Source: Lentisphaeria bacterium | GTDB taxonomy: Bacteria > Verrucomicrobiota > Lentisphaeria > JABSQK01 > JAWLHB01 | Direction: 5' to 3' | DNA: 20,000 nucleotides | Assembly: GCA_041690595.1 (NCBI GenBank) | Contig: JAWLHB010000044.1 | Location: forward strand, 52,657-72,656 | Shown here: one piece after another, positions 8,890 through 17,196 of the stretch | How positions within the stretch are numbered: the first letter of the stretch is position 1 | How the letters are laid out: each line of letters begins with the position of its first letter | Made by a program: the position numbers and the translations under genes | The notes under the pieces: generated by a model | Seen by the model: the letters and a program-made list of their open reading frames with translations, nothing else | Database searches by the model: none | Told to the model about the DNA's origin: nothing

Positions 8890-10251
8890 ATGCACAACCA
8901 GAACCCGACCCGATCGCCCATCGGCTTGACCCTGATCCCACCCTCGCCAGTGACGGATAAGATCACGCTGGACATCCGTGCCGGGCTGCGGAATCGAGAG
9001 GCGGCCCCTCGCCCCTTCGAGGTCGCCATCTATCTGGATGAGGAAAACCCGGCACATCGCCTGCATTATGTGCGCCTGGAGGTGGCCGGGCTGACGGCCG
9101 CCTGTGTCAAGCTTCGCTGGCCGACAGCCGCTCACGCCGGCGAGCATACGATCATTCTGGTAGTCGCCAGCGGAGCGGAAAGGTGGCGGACTCATCAGCC
9201 GCTGACCATCCTGCCCTCCGCCACTCGGTCGCCGCAGCGTCTCGGCGGCGCCTGGGCCGGTATCCGCCACTGGAGCGATACCGAAGGTCACTACTGGAAC
9301 CGCGACATCTCGCGCATGACCGACGATCACTGGCGCCAGCTGGTCCGCGGCATGCACGAGGTCGGCCTTGACGTCATCAACATCCAGGAGATCTTCCGCC
9401 ACGAGCAGTATGCCGGCAGGCATGCCATCGAGAAGGAGGGTTACCAGGGGCAGGCCTTCTACCCGTCTGCCCTCTACCCGGGACGCATGCCCATTGCCGC
9501 CTCCGATCCGCTGGAAGCCATCTTCGACGAAGCCGACACCCTCCGCATGCACGTCCTCCCCGGCATCGGCCTCTACGCTTGGTTCGACTACAGCCCCGCC
9601 TCGCTGCAATGGCATCTCGAGATCGCCGACGAGATCTGGGAACGCTATGGTCACCACCCCTCCTTCTACGGCTGGAAGATCAGCGAGGAAGGGCATGGAA
9701 GCCTCGGCTCCAGAAGCTGGGAGCCCGGCCCTCTCCTCGACCAGGATCGCCTCGATCTCGTCGACTTCTTCCGCCGCTTCGGCGACCACGTGCGCCAACT
9801 CGCCCCCGACAAGCCCGTCATGGTGGCCCGCAGCACCCACGGCATGCGCGGCGCCGAAGCGGCCTACCGGCAGCTCCTCCACCACCTCGACATCCTCTGT
9901 TCCTTCTGCTTTCACCGCATGCCCCCCGACGACATGACTGGCGAAGCGGCCGCCGACATGCTCCAGTCCCTGTGTGATGAAGCCGGCGCCCACCTCTGGA
10001 TGAATATGGAGCTCTTCCTCTTCGAAAACGGCGGCGACACCGGCAGCCCCCTCATCCCCCGCCCCATAGACCAAGTCAGGAATGACCTCCTGCGCTTCCC
10101 CAATTTCGAGAAGATCCTCTGTTACCAGTACCCCGGCCTGATGACCCACCCCCATGCCGACATCCGGCTCGGCGGTGATGCCGCGGTCAAGCTCTACAAC
10201 GACTATCGCGCCTTTCTCACTGAGACGACCAACAGGAAGCAAGATCCATGA
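8890..10251 (+). CDS. DUF4434-like putative glycoside hydrolase (TIM barrel) with an N-terminal Ig-like domain
   Basis: Motifs HWSDTEG.YWN, W..LVRGMHEVGLD, AFYPS.LY, DPLEAIFDEAD, YAWFD, YGHHPSFYGWKISEE and LWMNMELF; starts 2 nt after the upstream stop; no obvious signal peptide. Confidence 0.75.
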   Translation: MHNQNPTRSPIGLTLIPPSPVTDKITLDIRAGLRNREAAPRPFEVAIYLDEENPAHRLHYVRLEVAGLTAACVKLRWPTAAHAGEHTIILVVASGAERWRTHQPLTILPSATRSPQRLGGAWAGIRHWSDTEGHYWNRDISRMTDDHWRQLVRGMHEVGLDVINIQEIFRHEQYAGRHAIEKEGYQGQAFYPSALYPGRMPIAASDPLEAIFDEADTLRMHVLPGIGLYAWFDYSPASLQWHLEIADEIWERYGHHPSFYGWKISEEGHGSLGSRSWEPGPLLDQDRLDLVDFFRRFGDHVRQLAPDKPVMVARSTHGMRGAEAAYRQLLHHLDILCSFCFHRMPPDDMTGEAAADMLQSLCDEAGAHLWMNMELFLFENGGDTGSPLIPRPIDQVRNDLLRFPNFEKILCYQYPGLMTHPHADIRLGGDAAVKLYNDYRAFLTETTNRKQDP

Positions 10252-11933
10252 CCGCCTACCCGCACTTCACCAGACGCCTCACCCATGATCTGAACCGCCT
10301 CTGGGATTTTGTCTTCCTTCCGGAGAGCCGGCTCGACAAGCTAGCTCCCGAGGCGCTGGCCTACACCGACCGGCTGCCCGTTCCCTCGGCCTTCGACGCC
10401 CTTCCAGCCTACGCCGGCAAGCGCGGAATCGGCGTCTACCGCACCGCTGTCGAGGTCACCCCCGACACCCCTTCCGTGCTGAAGATCGGCGCCGCCGGCA
10501 TGACCGTCAAGGTCTACATCGACGGCGTGGCCACAGCCTCTCATATCGGCAGCTACACCCCCTTCGAGGTCCTCCTGCCGGCCGCGCCACACTCCCGCCG
10601 CGAGATCGTGGTGGCTACGGAAAATCGCTTCGACTACAAGCGCAATCCCCTGCAGGAGAACTTCTTCGACTTCTACAACTATGGCGGCATTTTCCGGCCG
10701 GTATGCCTGGAAGAACTGCCTGAACACCCCCTGCGACAGGCCTTTGTCACGGTCGATGACCTTCAGGCCGGCCGTATCCGCGTCGTCGTCGACCTCGATG
10801 GAGCAGGCACCGGCCTGACCTGCCGCATCGACGATGGCGACCCCCAGGCGGTCCATTGCACCACCCTGCCCGACCATCGCCTCGAATTTCACACCGTCGT
10901 GCCGAACCCCACGCTCTGGTCGCCCGCGACGCCAAATCTGCATACCCTGACGCTCGACACCGGCAGCGACGCGATGACTGTCCGCTTCGGCCTTCGCGAG
11001 GTGCGTACGGAAAATGGCCGCGTCCTCCTCAACGGCGAACCCGTCAAGCTGCTCGGCTACTGCCGCCATGAAGCCCACCCCCAGTTCGGTCCCGCCACCC
11101 CCGTCTCCCTGATGGCCGCCGACCTGCAGCAGATGCGCGACCAGGGCTGCAACTTCGTTCGCGGCTCCCACTACCAGCAGGATGCGCGCTTCCTCGACCT
11201 CTGCGACGAGCTGGGCTTCCTCGTCTTCTCCGAAAGCCTCGCCTGGGGACAGCACCAGAAGCAGCTCGCCGATCCCGCCTTTATCGAGGCTCAGCTCGAC
11301 CAGACGCGTGTCATGGTCCAGACCGACTTCAATCATCCCTCCATCATCATCTGGGGCTTCCTCAATGAAGGCGCCAGCGACGCCGAGTTCGCCCGGGGCT
11401 GCTACGAGAAGCTGATCTCCCTCATTCGCTCCCTCGATGCTACCCGCCTCGTCACTTACGCCTCCAATCGCTACCTCACCGATCTCTTCCTGGAGCAGGT
11501 CGACCTGGTCTGCTTCAACATGTATCCCGGCTGGTACTCCAGCGATCGCGATAACGAGCATCCCCTCGACGAGGTTCTCCCGCGCATAAAGGCCATGCTC
11601 GACGGCTTGCGCGAACGGGGAGTTTCCGATAAGCCCTTCATCATCTCCGAGATCGGCGCGGGCGCCATCTACGGCTGCCATGATGCCCTCGCCGGCTACT
11701 GGAGCGAAGAATACCAGGCCGAGCTGCTCAAGCTGGTCTGCCAGGAGACGGTGACCAATCCCGCCATCGCCGGCCTCGCCATCTGGCAGTTCTGCGACAT
11801 CCGCACCTACCAGGGCTCCGGGGCCCTCGGCCGCCCACGTTCCTTCAACAACAAAGGAACCGTCGACGAATACCGGCGCCCCAAGCTGGCCTGCTCCATC
11901 GTCAAAACCATCTTCTCCTCCCATGGCAACTAG
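10248..11933 (+). CDS. GH2 beta-glucuronidase-like enzyme (UidA-like)
   Basis: DFYNYGGIFRPV, RHE.HPQFG, NFVRGSHY, CDELG, NHPSIIIWGFLNE (acid/base), N.YPGWY, ISEIGA (nucleophile), WSEEYQ, and the uronate-binding N-x-K motif (FNNKG). ATGA overlap with the upstream gene. Confidence 0.9.
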   Translation: MTAYPHFTRRLTHDLNRLWDFVFLPESRLDKLAPEALAYTDRLPVPSAFDALPAYAGKRGIGVYRTAVEVTPDTPSVLKIGAAGMTVKVYIDGVATASHIGSYTPFEVLLPAAPHSRREIVVATENRFDYKRNPLQENFFDFYNYGGIFRPVCLEELPEHPLRQAFVTVDDLQAGRIRVVVDLDGAGTGLTCRIDDGDPQAVHCTTLPDHRLEFHTVVPNPTLWSPATPNLHTLTLDTGSDAMTVRFGLREVRTENGRVLLNGEPVKLLGYCRHEAHPQFGPATPVSLMAADLQQMRDQGCNFVRGSHYQQDARFLDLCDELGFLVFSESLAWGQHQKQLADPAFIEAQLDQTRVMVQTDFNHPSIIIWGFLNEGASDAEFARGCYEKLISLIRSLDATRLVTYASNRYLTDLFLEQVDLVCFNMYPGWYSSDRDNEHPLDEVLPRIKAMLDGLRERGVSDKPFIISEIGAGAIYGCHDALAGYWSEEYQAELLKLVCQETVTNPAIAGLAIWQFCDIRTYQGSGALGRPRSFNNKGTVDEYRRPKLACSIVKTIFSSHGN

Positions 11934-14267
11934 ATGAGCATCACCCTCTCCCAACCCGCGACCCGATGGATAGACGGCTTCCCCGTCGGCAACGGACGCA
12001 TCGGCGCCATGATCTTCGGCGCGCCCGATCACGACCGCCTGGCCCTCAATCACGAGGAACTCTGGCGCGGCGCCAAGCGCCACCTCGATACCCCCAAAGT
12101 CCCACCCGAACACCTCGCCGAAATCCGCCAGGCGCTCTTCGCCCGCGATTTCTTTCGCGCCCGAAAGCTCTGCGACACCTACCTCAGCGGCCCCGATCCC
12201 GTGGCGGCGGCTCCCGACCTGCAAACCATCCAGCCCTACCAGCCCGTCGGCGATCTGCGTATCACCCTGCGCGCCGGCGAATATGCCGTCGATTACGAAC
12301 GCCGCCTGGAGCTCGACACCGCCACCGCGATTGCCTGCTTCACCGTCAATGGGGTTCGCCATCGCCGCGAATGCTTCGTCTCTGTTCCCGACCAGCTCCT
12401 GATCCTGCATCTCACCGCCGACCAGCCCGGCGCCATCTCCTGCGGCATCCGCCTCGAACGCCGAGCCGATCCCGACTGTCACCTCGACTACTCGCGGGAC
12501 GACGCCACCCGCGGCTTTCGCGGGCGCTTTACCGAAGGTATCGCCTTTGCGGCTCAGGCGAGAGTGACCGCCCATGGCGGTTCCGTTAGCGAATCCGGCG
12601 CGGCCGACCTCATCGTCCGTGAAGCGGGCGCCGTCACCATCTGCGTCGCCATGGCCGTCGCCGCCGATCCCGGAGAACCGGATCCCCTTGAAGCCTGCCG
12701 CCGCATCCTGATGCAGGCTCCGGCGCGTCACGAGGAGCTGCGCGCGCGCCATCTGGCCGAGTATCAACCCCTCTGGAACCGCTGCTCGCTGACCCTGCCG
12801 TCGCCGCCAGCGGTCACCGCTCTCCCCCTCGACCAGCGTCTCCAGCGCCGAGCTGACGGCGCCGCCGATCCCGCCCTGGACGCCCTCTACTTCAGCTTCG
12901 GCCGCTACCTGCTCCTCGCCTCTTCGCGCGCCTGCCGCTTTCCCGCCACCCTCCAGGGAATCTGGAACGGCGATCTGCGCCCGGCCTGGAATGCCGACTT
13001 CCACATCGACGTCAACCTGGAGATGGCCTACTGGGCGGCGGAGGCCGTCAACTTGCCCGAATGCACCCAGCCCCTCTTCAGCTACCTCGAAGCGATGATG
13101 CCGGGCGCCCGGCAAGCCGCCCGCAACTACTACCACTGCCGCGGCATTCACATGGGTACCGGCGACCGCTGGCAGCTTCACCGTTACCTCGCCGCCGGTT
13201 GGGACATCTGGCCCACGGGCGCCGCGTGGCTCGCCCAGCACTTCTGGTGGCGCTGGGCCTATTCCCGCGACCAAACCTTCCTCCGCGACCACGCCTATCC
13301 CTTCCTCAAGGCAAACGCCGACTTCCTCCAGGATTTCCTGGTGGAGGATCCCAGCGGCTATCTGGTGACGGCCCCTTCGCAGTCCCCGGAGAACACCTTT
13401 GCCGGTGGGCCCTACCCCGTCACCTACTGCGCCGGCCCCACCATGGACACCATCTTCGCCCGCGAAATCTTCGAGCGTTGCCTCGAAGCATCCACCCTTC
13501 TCGGCGTCGATAGTGACCTGCACGAGGCATGGCGCACCATCCTGGCGGCACTGCCCCCCTTCCGGATCGGCCGCCATGGCCAACTCCAGGAATGGCTCGA
13601 TGACGAGGAGGAAAACGAGCCGGGCCATCGCCATCTCTCGCACCTGATCGGCGTCTATCCCGGTGAGACGATGACCCCCGAGCGCCTTCCCGAGTTCCAC
13701 CAGGCTGCCAGAGTCTCTCTGGAGCGGCGCTGGGCGGCGGGAGCCGGCCAATCCGGCTGGAGCCGCGCCTGGTGCATCGCCCTGTGGGCCCGCTTCCTGG
13801 AATCCGAGAAAGCGTACCGCGACCTCTCCGATCTCCTCGTCAATCACACGACGGCAAGCCTGCTCAACACCCACCCGGTCGCCACCCACGGGGGCAGGGT
13901 CATGCAGCTCGACGGCAACCTGGGCGGAACCGCCGCCATCGTCGAGATGCTCCTGCAAAGCCACGACGGCATCCTTCGCCTCCTTCCCGCCCTCCCCCAA
14001 GCCTGGCCCGAAGGCGCCGTCCAAGGGCTGTGCGCCCCCGGCGGCTGCACCGTCGACCTCGCCTGGCGAGACGGCAGCCTCTGCCAGGCGACCATCCGTT
14101 CCCCCCTGCACGACGAACTCCACCTCCGCCTGCCGCGCCCCTGCACGGTGACCGCCGGCGGCGCCGACGTCATCAACAATGAGACCAACCGCACCGACCT
14201 GATCCTCCGTTTCCACCAACTGCCGGGCATCGTCAGCCTCACCTTCAACCCGCCCCACCAATCCTGA
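11934..14267 (+). CDS. GH95 alpha-L-fucosidase-like glycoside hydrolase
   Basis: PVGNGRIGAMIFG, YQPVGDL, FGRYLLLASSR, LQGIWN, NLEMAYW, SPEN, GQLQEW, HRHLSHL, GWSRAW and QLDGNLG..AAIVEMLLQSH; directly abuts the GH2 stop codon. Confidence 0.94.
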   Translation: MSITLSQPATRWIDGFPVGNGRIGAMIFGAPDHDRLALNHEELWRGAKRHLDTPKVPPEHLAEIRQALFARDFFRARKLCDTYLSGPDPVAAAPDLQTIQPYQPVGDLRITLRAGEYAVDYERRLELDTATAIACFTVNGVRHRRECFVSVPDQLLILHLTADQPGAISCGIRLERRADPDCHLDYSRDDATRGFRGRFTEGIAFAAQARVTAHGGSVSESGAADLIVREAGAVTICVAMAVAADPGEPDPLEACRRILMQAPARHEELRARHLAEYQPLWNRCSLTLPSPPAVTALPLDQRLQRRADGAADPALDALYFSFGRYLLLASSRACRFPATLQGIWNGDLRPAWNADFHIDVNLEMAYWAAEAVNLPECTQPLFSYLEAMMPGARQAARNYYHCRGIHMGTGDRWQLHRYLAAGWDIWPTGAAWLAQHFWWRWAYSRDQTFLRDHAYPFLKANADFLQDFLVEDPSGYLVTAPSQSPENTFAGGPYPVTYCAGPTMDTIFAREIFERCLEASTLLGVDSDLHEAWRTILAALPPFRIGRHGQLQEWLDDEEENEPGHRHLSHLIGVYPGETMTPERLPEFHQAARVSLERRWAAGAGQSGWSRAWCIALWARFLESEKAYRDLSDLLVNHTTASLLNTHPVATHGGRVMQLDGNLGGTAAIVEMLLQSHDGILRLLPALPQAWPEGAVQGLCAPGGCTVDLAWRDGSLCQATIRSPLHDELHLRLPRPCTVTAGGADVINNETNRTDLILRFHQLPGIVSLTFNPPHQS

Positions 14268-14279
14268 AGAAGCACCCGC

Positions 14280-15473
14280 ATGCAACCGATACGACACCAG
14301 TCCGCACCCATCGAGCGCCTGACAGACAGCTCCGGTCACGCCTTTTTCGGCTACTACGACCTCCAACCCTGGAGCGCCAACTCTCGCTCGCATCTCTGCC
14401 ACCGCGTCCCCTTCATGAACCGCCTCCCCAACGCCGACGATCCCGCCGAACTGGGCATCGTCAGCCTCGCCGACCACCACTTCCTCCCCCTCGCTGAAAC
14501 ACAGGCCTGGAACTTCCAGCAGGGGGCCATGCTGCAGTGGAACCCCCGCAAGCCCGACGAAGAGATCTTCTACAACGCGCGCCTCAACGGCACCTTCCAC
14601 GCCGAAGCGAAGAACCTCGTCACCGGCGAACGCCGCCACTTCTCCAGGCCCTTTGCCAATGTCTCGCTCGACGGCACCCGCGCCCTGAGCGTCAACTTCA
14701 GCCGCATGGCCGACTTTCGCCCCGGCTACGGCTATGCCGGCATTCCCGATCCCTTCGCCGCCATCCCCGCACCTGACGACGATGGCATCTTCCGCCTCGA
14801 TCTCGACACCGGCGACGAAAAGTTGATCCTGCCCCTCTCCGCCATCGGCGACCTCTTCCCCAGCCACTTCGGCAAGCACATGCAGGGCGCCAAAGTCCTC
14901 GTCAACCACATCACCTTCAATCCGTCGGGCTCCCGCTTTCTCTTCCTGGCCCGCACCATGGCCATGCCCGGGCAGGATCCCGGCGGCTGGCTCACCCTCA
15001 TGGTCACCGCCGACCTCGAAGGCGAGCATCTGCACCTCTTCAAGGGCTTCGGCGGCGCCTCTCACTACTGCTGGCGCGACGACCAGCATATCCTCATCTA
15101 CGCCGACCTGCCCGGTCGAGGCAACATGCGCCTCTGTCTCGCCACCGACCAGTCCGATACCATGGAGATCCTCGACCCTCACTTCTTCGCCTTCGACGGC
15201 CACTGCAGCTACTCCCCCGACAAGCGCTTCATCCTCTATGACAGCTATCCCGACGCCGACTGCTATCGCAAGCTCCTCCTCTACGACACCACGAAGCAGG
15301 CAGGCACCCTCCTGGCCGAGCTTTACAGCGTGCGTACGGAGAGCGAAGATGCACGTTGCGACCTTCACCCCCGCTGGCACCGCGACGGCACCACCATCTC
15401 CTTCGACTCCACTCACGAAGGGGTCCGCGCGGTCTACACCATCGACGTCGGGGATCTCTGCCATGACCAATGA
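14280..15473 (+). CDS. Uncharacterised beta-propeller protein (TolB-like / distantly oligogalacturonate-lyase-like)
   Basis: Propeller-type motifs (VSLDGTRALS, FNPSGSRFLF, YSPDKRFILYD, WHRDGTTISFDS) plus FFGYYD, WNFQQGAMLQW, SHYCW, DGHCSY and RCDLHPRW; lies within the operon. Confidence 0.72.
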   Translation: MQPIRHQSAPIERLTDSSGHAFFGYYDLQPWSANSRSHLCHRVPFMNRLPNADDPAELGIVSLADHHFLPLAETQAWNFQQGAMLQWNPRKPDEEIFYNARLNGTFHAEAKNLVTGERRHFSRPFANVSLDGTRALSVNFSRMADFRPGYGYAGIPDPFAAIPAPDDDGIFRLDLDTGDEKLILPLSAIGDLFPSHFGKHMQGAKVLVNHITFNPSGSRFLFLARTMAMPGQDPGGWLTLMVTADLEGEHLHLFKGFGGASHYCWRDDQHILIYADLPGRGNMRLCLATDQSDTMEILDPHFFAFDGHCSYSPDKRFILYDSYPDADCYRKLLLYDTTKQAGTLLAELYSVRTESEDARCDLHPRWHRDGTTISFDSTHEGVRAVYTIDVGDLCHDQ

Positions 15474-17169
15474 CGCCAAGGTGATTGTCAACCAGCTCGG
15501 TTTCCGCAACGGCAGCCGCCGCAAGCTCGTCATCCTAAACGATCTCCCCGACAACCGCGGGATCATGGGCGACTGCCTCGTCTCGGTAGCCGAGCTGAAC
15601 GGCTTCTCCATGTACGCGCTCAACGACCCGCGGCAGCACCCCTTCTTCCACCAGACGTCCGCCTCTGTCGCGCCTGGCGACTTCGGGCGCTGGCTGGTGG
15701 CGGATATCTCCCGGCTCGACCGCGACGGCGTCTATCAGGCCCATTGCGGCAATAACGCCAGCCCCGTCTTCGTTATCCGCGACGATCTCTGGCTCCGCCT
15801 TCTCCCCGAGTGCATTCGCTACTTCCAGATACAGTCCTGCGGCCGCATGGTCGTCGGTTGGCACGAGGCCTGTCACCTCGACGATGGCCATATCCACGAA
15901 CTCGACCGTTACCTGCCCGCTGCCGGCGGCTGGCACGACGCAGGCGACTTCCGCAAGTGGGCCACCTCTACAGCCCTGAACGCGATCGCCTTGCTGGTCG
16001 GCCACAGGTTCTGGGCAGGGCGCGAGGCCGAGCTTGGCATCGAGCCCGGAATCCTGCTCGCCGAGGCCCTCCAGGGGGTGCACTACTTCCTCGGCATTCA
16101 GGACGAGGCGACCGGCGCGCTCTTCCAGAACATCGGTGGCGGACGCGAGGCCTGGCACGATAACCTCGACAACCGCTACACCGACAACCTCCCCCGAAGC
16201 GGCGATGAGCGGCGCATCTGGCCCACACCATGGGCCCGGCCGGCAGGCAAGTTCACGACCCTCTTCGCACTCTATGCGAATGCCCTCCGCGCCACCCATC
16301 CCGATCTCGCCGACCGCTGCCTCGCGGCAGCCCGCCGCTCGATTACCTTCGACCTCTCCGAAGGCACCATGTCGGCCGACGCCCTCCAGTGGCGCGCCTG
16401 GGGATTCCTCGAGCTGTGGCGCCATCAGCAACGCGACGAGGACAAGCATGCCGCCCTGGATGCCCTCCAGGCGCTGCTGACGCTCCAGGTCACCGACTTC
16501 ATCGGCGGGCAGGAATCCGTCCGCGGCTTCTTCCGGCAGCAAGCGGAGTCGACCCAGTACCACCGCAAGCACATCGGCGCGGACTACCCGATCTGGGTCA
16601 TCGCCGAGTTCCTGCGCGAGTGGCCCGCCCATCCACAAGCCGAACGGTGGCGGGAGGCCATACGCCTGTGGGCCGACGACTACGCCCTGGTCTTTGCCGC
16701 CCGCAACCCCTTCGGCCTCCTCCCCTACGCCCTCTATCACGACATCCCCGAAGACCACCGCGACTGCACCTACCGGCAGCTCGGCGATCACCTCTACTTC
16801 CGCTATTTCATCGCCAGCCGACGACTGGGCAGCAACGCTCGCCTCGCCCTCTCCGCCGTCGCCTTTGCCGCCGCCGCGCAAGCGCTCGACCGGCCGGAAC
16901 TGCTCGACCACGGCTACCGCCTTCTCGAGTGGATCATCGGCGCCAACCCCTTCGAGATCTCCATGATGAACGGCGTGGGCATCACCCAGCCCTGCGCACT
17001 GAGCTTTCAGATGGGCAACATTCCGGGTGGCGTCACCCTCGGCGTCGGCGGCGACGAAGAGGACATGCCCTGGTATACTCCCCATCGCTCCGCCACCGAC
17101 GAATACTACGGCTACCAGACCTCCCACTTCACGTGGGCACTCCTCGCCCTCCAGCACCAGGCGCGCTGA
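15463..17169 (+). CDS. GH9-like glycoside hydrolase with N-terminal Ig-like (CelD_N-type) domain, 568 aa
   Basis: VIVNQLGF, YFQIQSCG, HEACHLDDG, GGWHDAGDFRK, WIIGANPF.ISMMNGVG, IPGG and C-terminal TDEY. Start moved from 15238 to the ATG at 15463, overlapping the upstream gene by 11 nt. Confidence 0.85.
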   Translation: MTNDAKVIVNQLGFRNGSRRKLVILNDLPDNRGIMGDCLVSVAELNGFSMYALNDPRQHPFFHQTSASVAPGDFGRWLVADISRLDRDGVYQAHCGNNASPVFVIRDDLWLRLLPECIRYFQIQSCGRMVVGWHEACHLDDGHIHELDRYLPAAGGWHDAGDFRKWATSTALNAIALLVGHRFWAGREAELGIEPGILLAEALQGVHYFLGIQDEATGALFQNIGGGREAWHDNLDNRYTDNLPRSGDERRIWPTPWARPAGKFTTLFALYANALRATHPDLADRCLAAARRSITFDLSEGTMSADALQWRAWGFLELWRHQQRDEDKHAALDALQALLTLQVTDFIGGQESVRGFFRQQAESTQYHRKHIGADYPIWVIAEFLREWPAHPQAERWREAIRLWADDYALVFAARNPFGLLPYALYHDIPEDHRDCTYRQLGDHLYFRYFIASRRLGSNARLALSAVAFAAAAQALDRPELLDHGYRLLEWIIGANPFEISMMNGVGITQPCALSFQMGNIPGGVTLGVGGDEEDMPWYTPHRSATDEYYGYQTSHFTWALLALQHQAR

Positions 17170-17196
17170 ATCACCACCACACCGAAAGAGACCGCC

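Noticed and set aside
4142..10242. Minus-strand ORFs 4142-5500, 5543-7435, 7547-8941 and 8809-10242
   Set aside because: Antisense shadows of well-supported plus-strand genes.
10341..15623. 1760-aa minus-strand ORF
   Set aside because: Antisense shadow of the GH2, GH95 and propeller genes; no recognisable motifs; expected from high GC3 codon bias.
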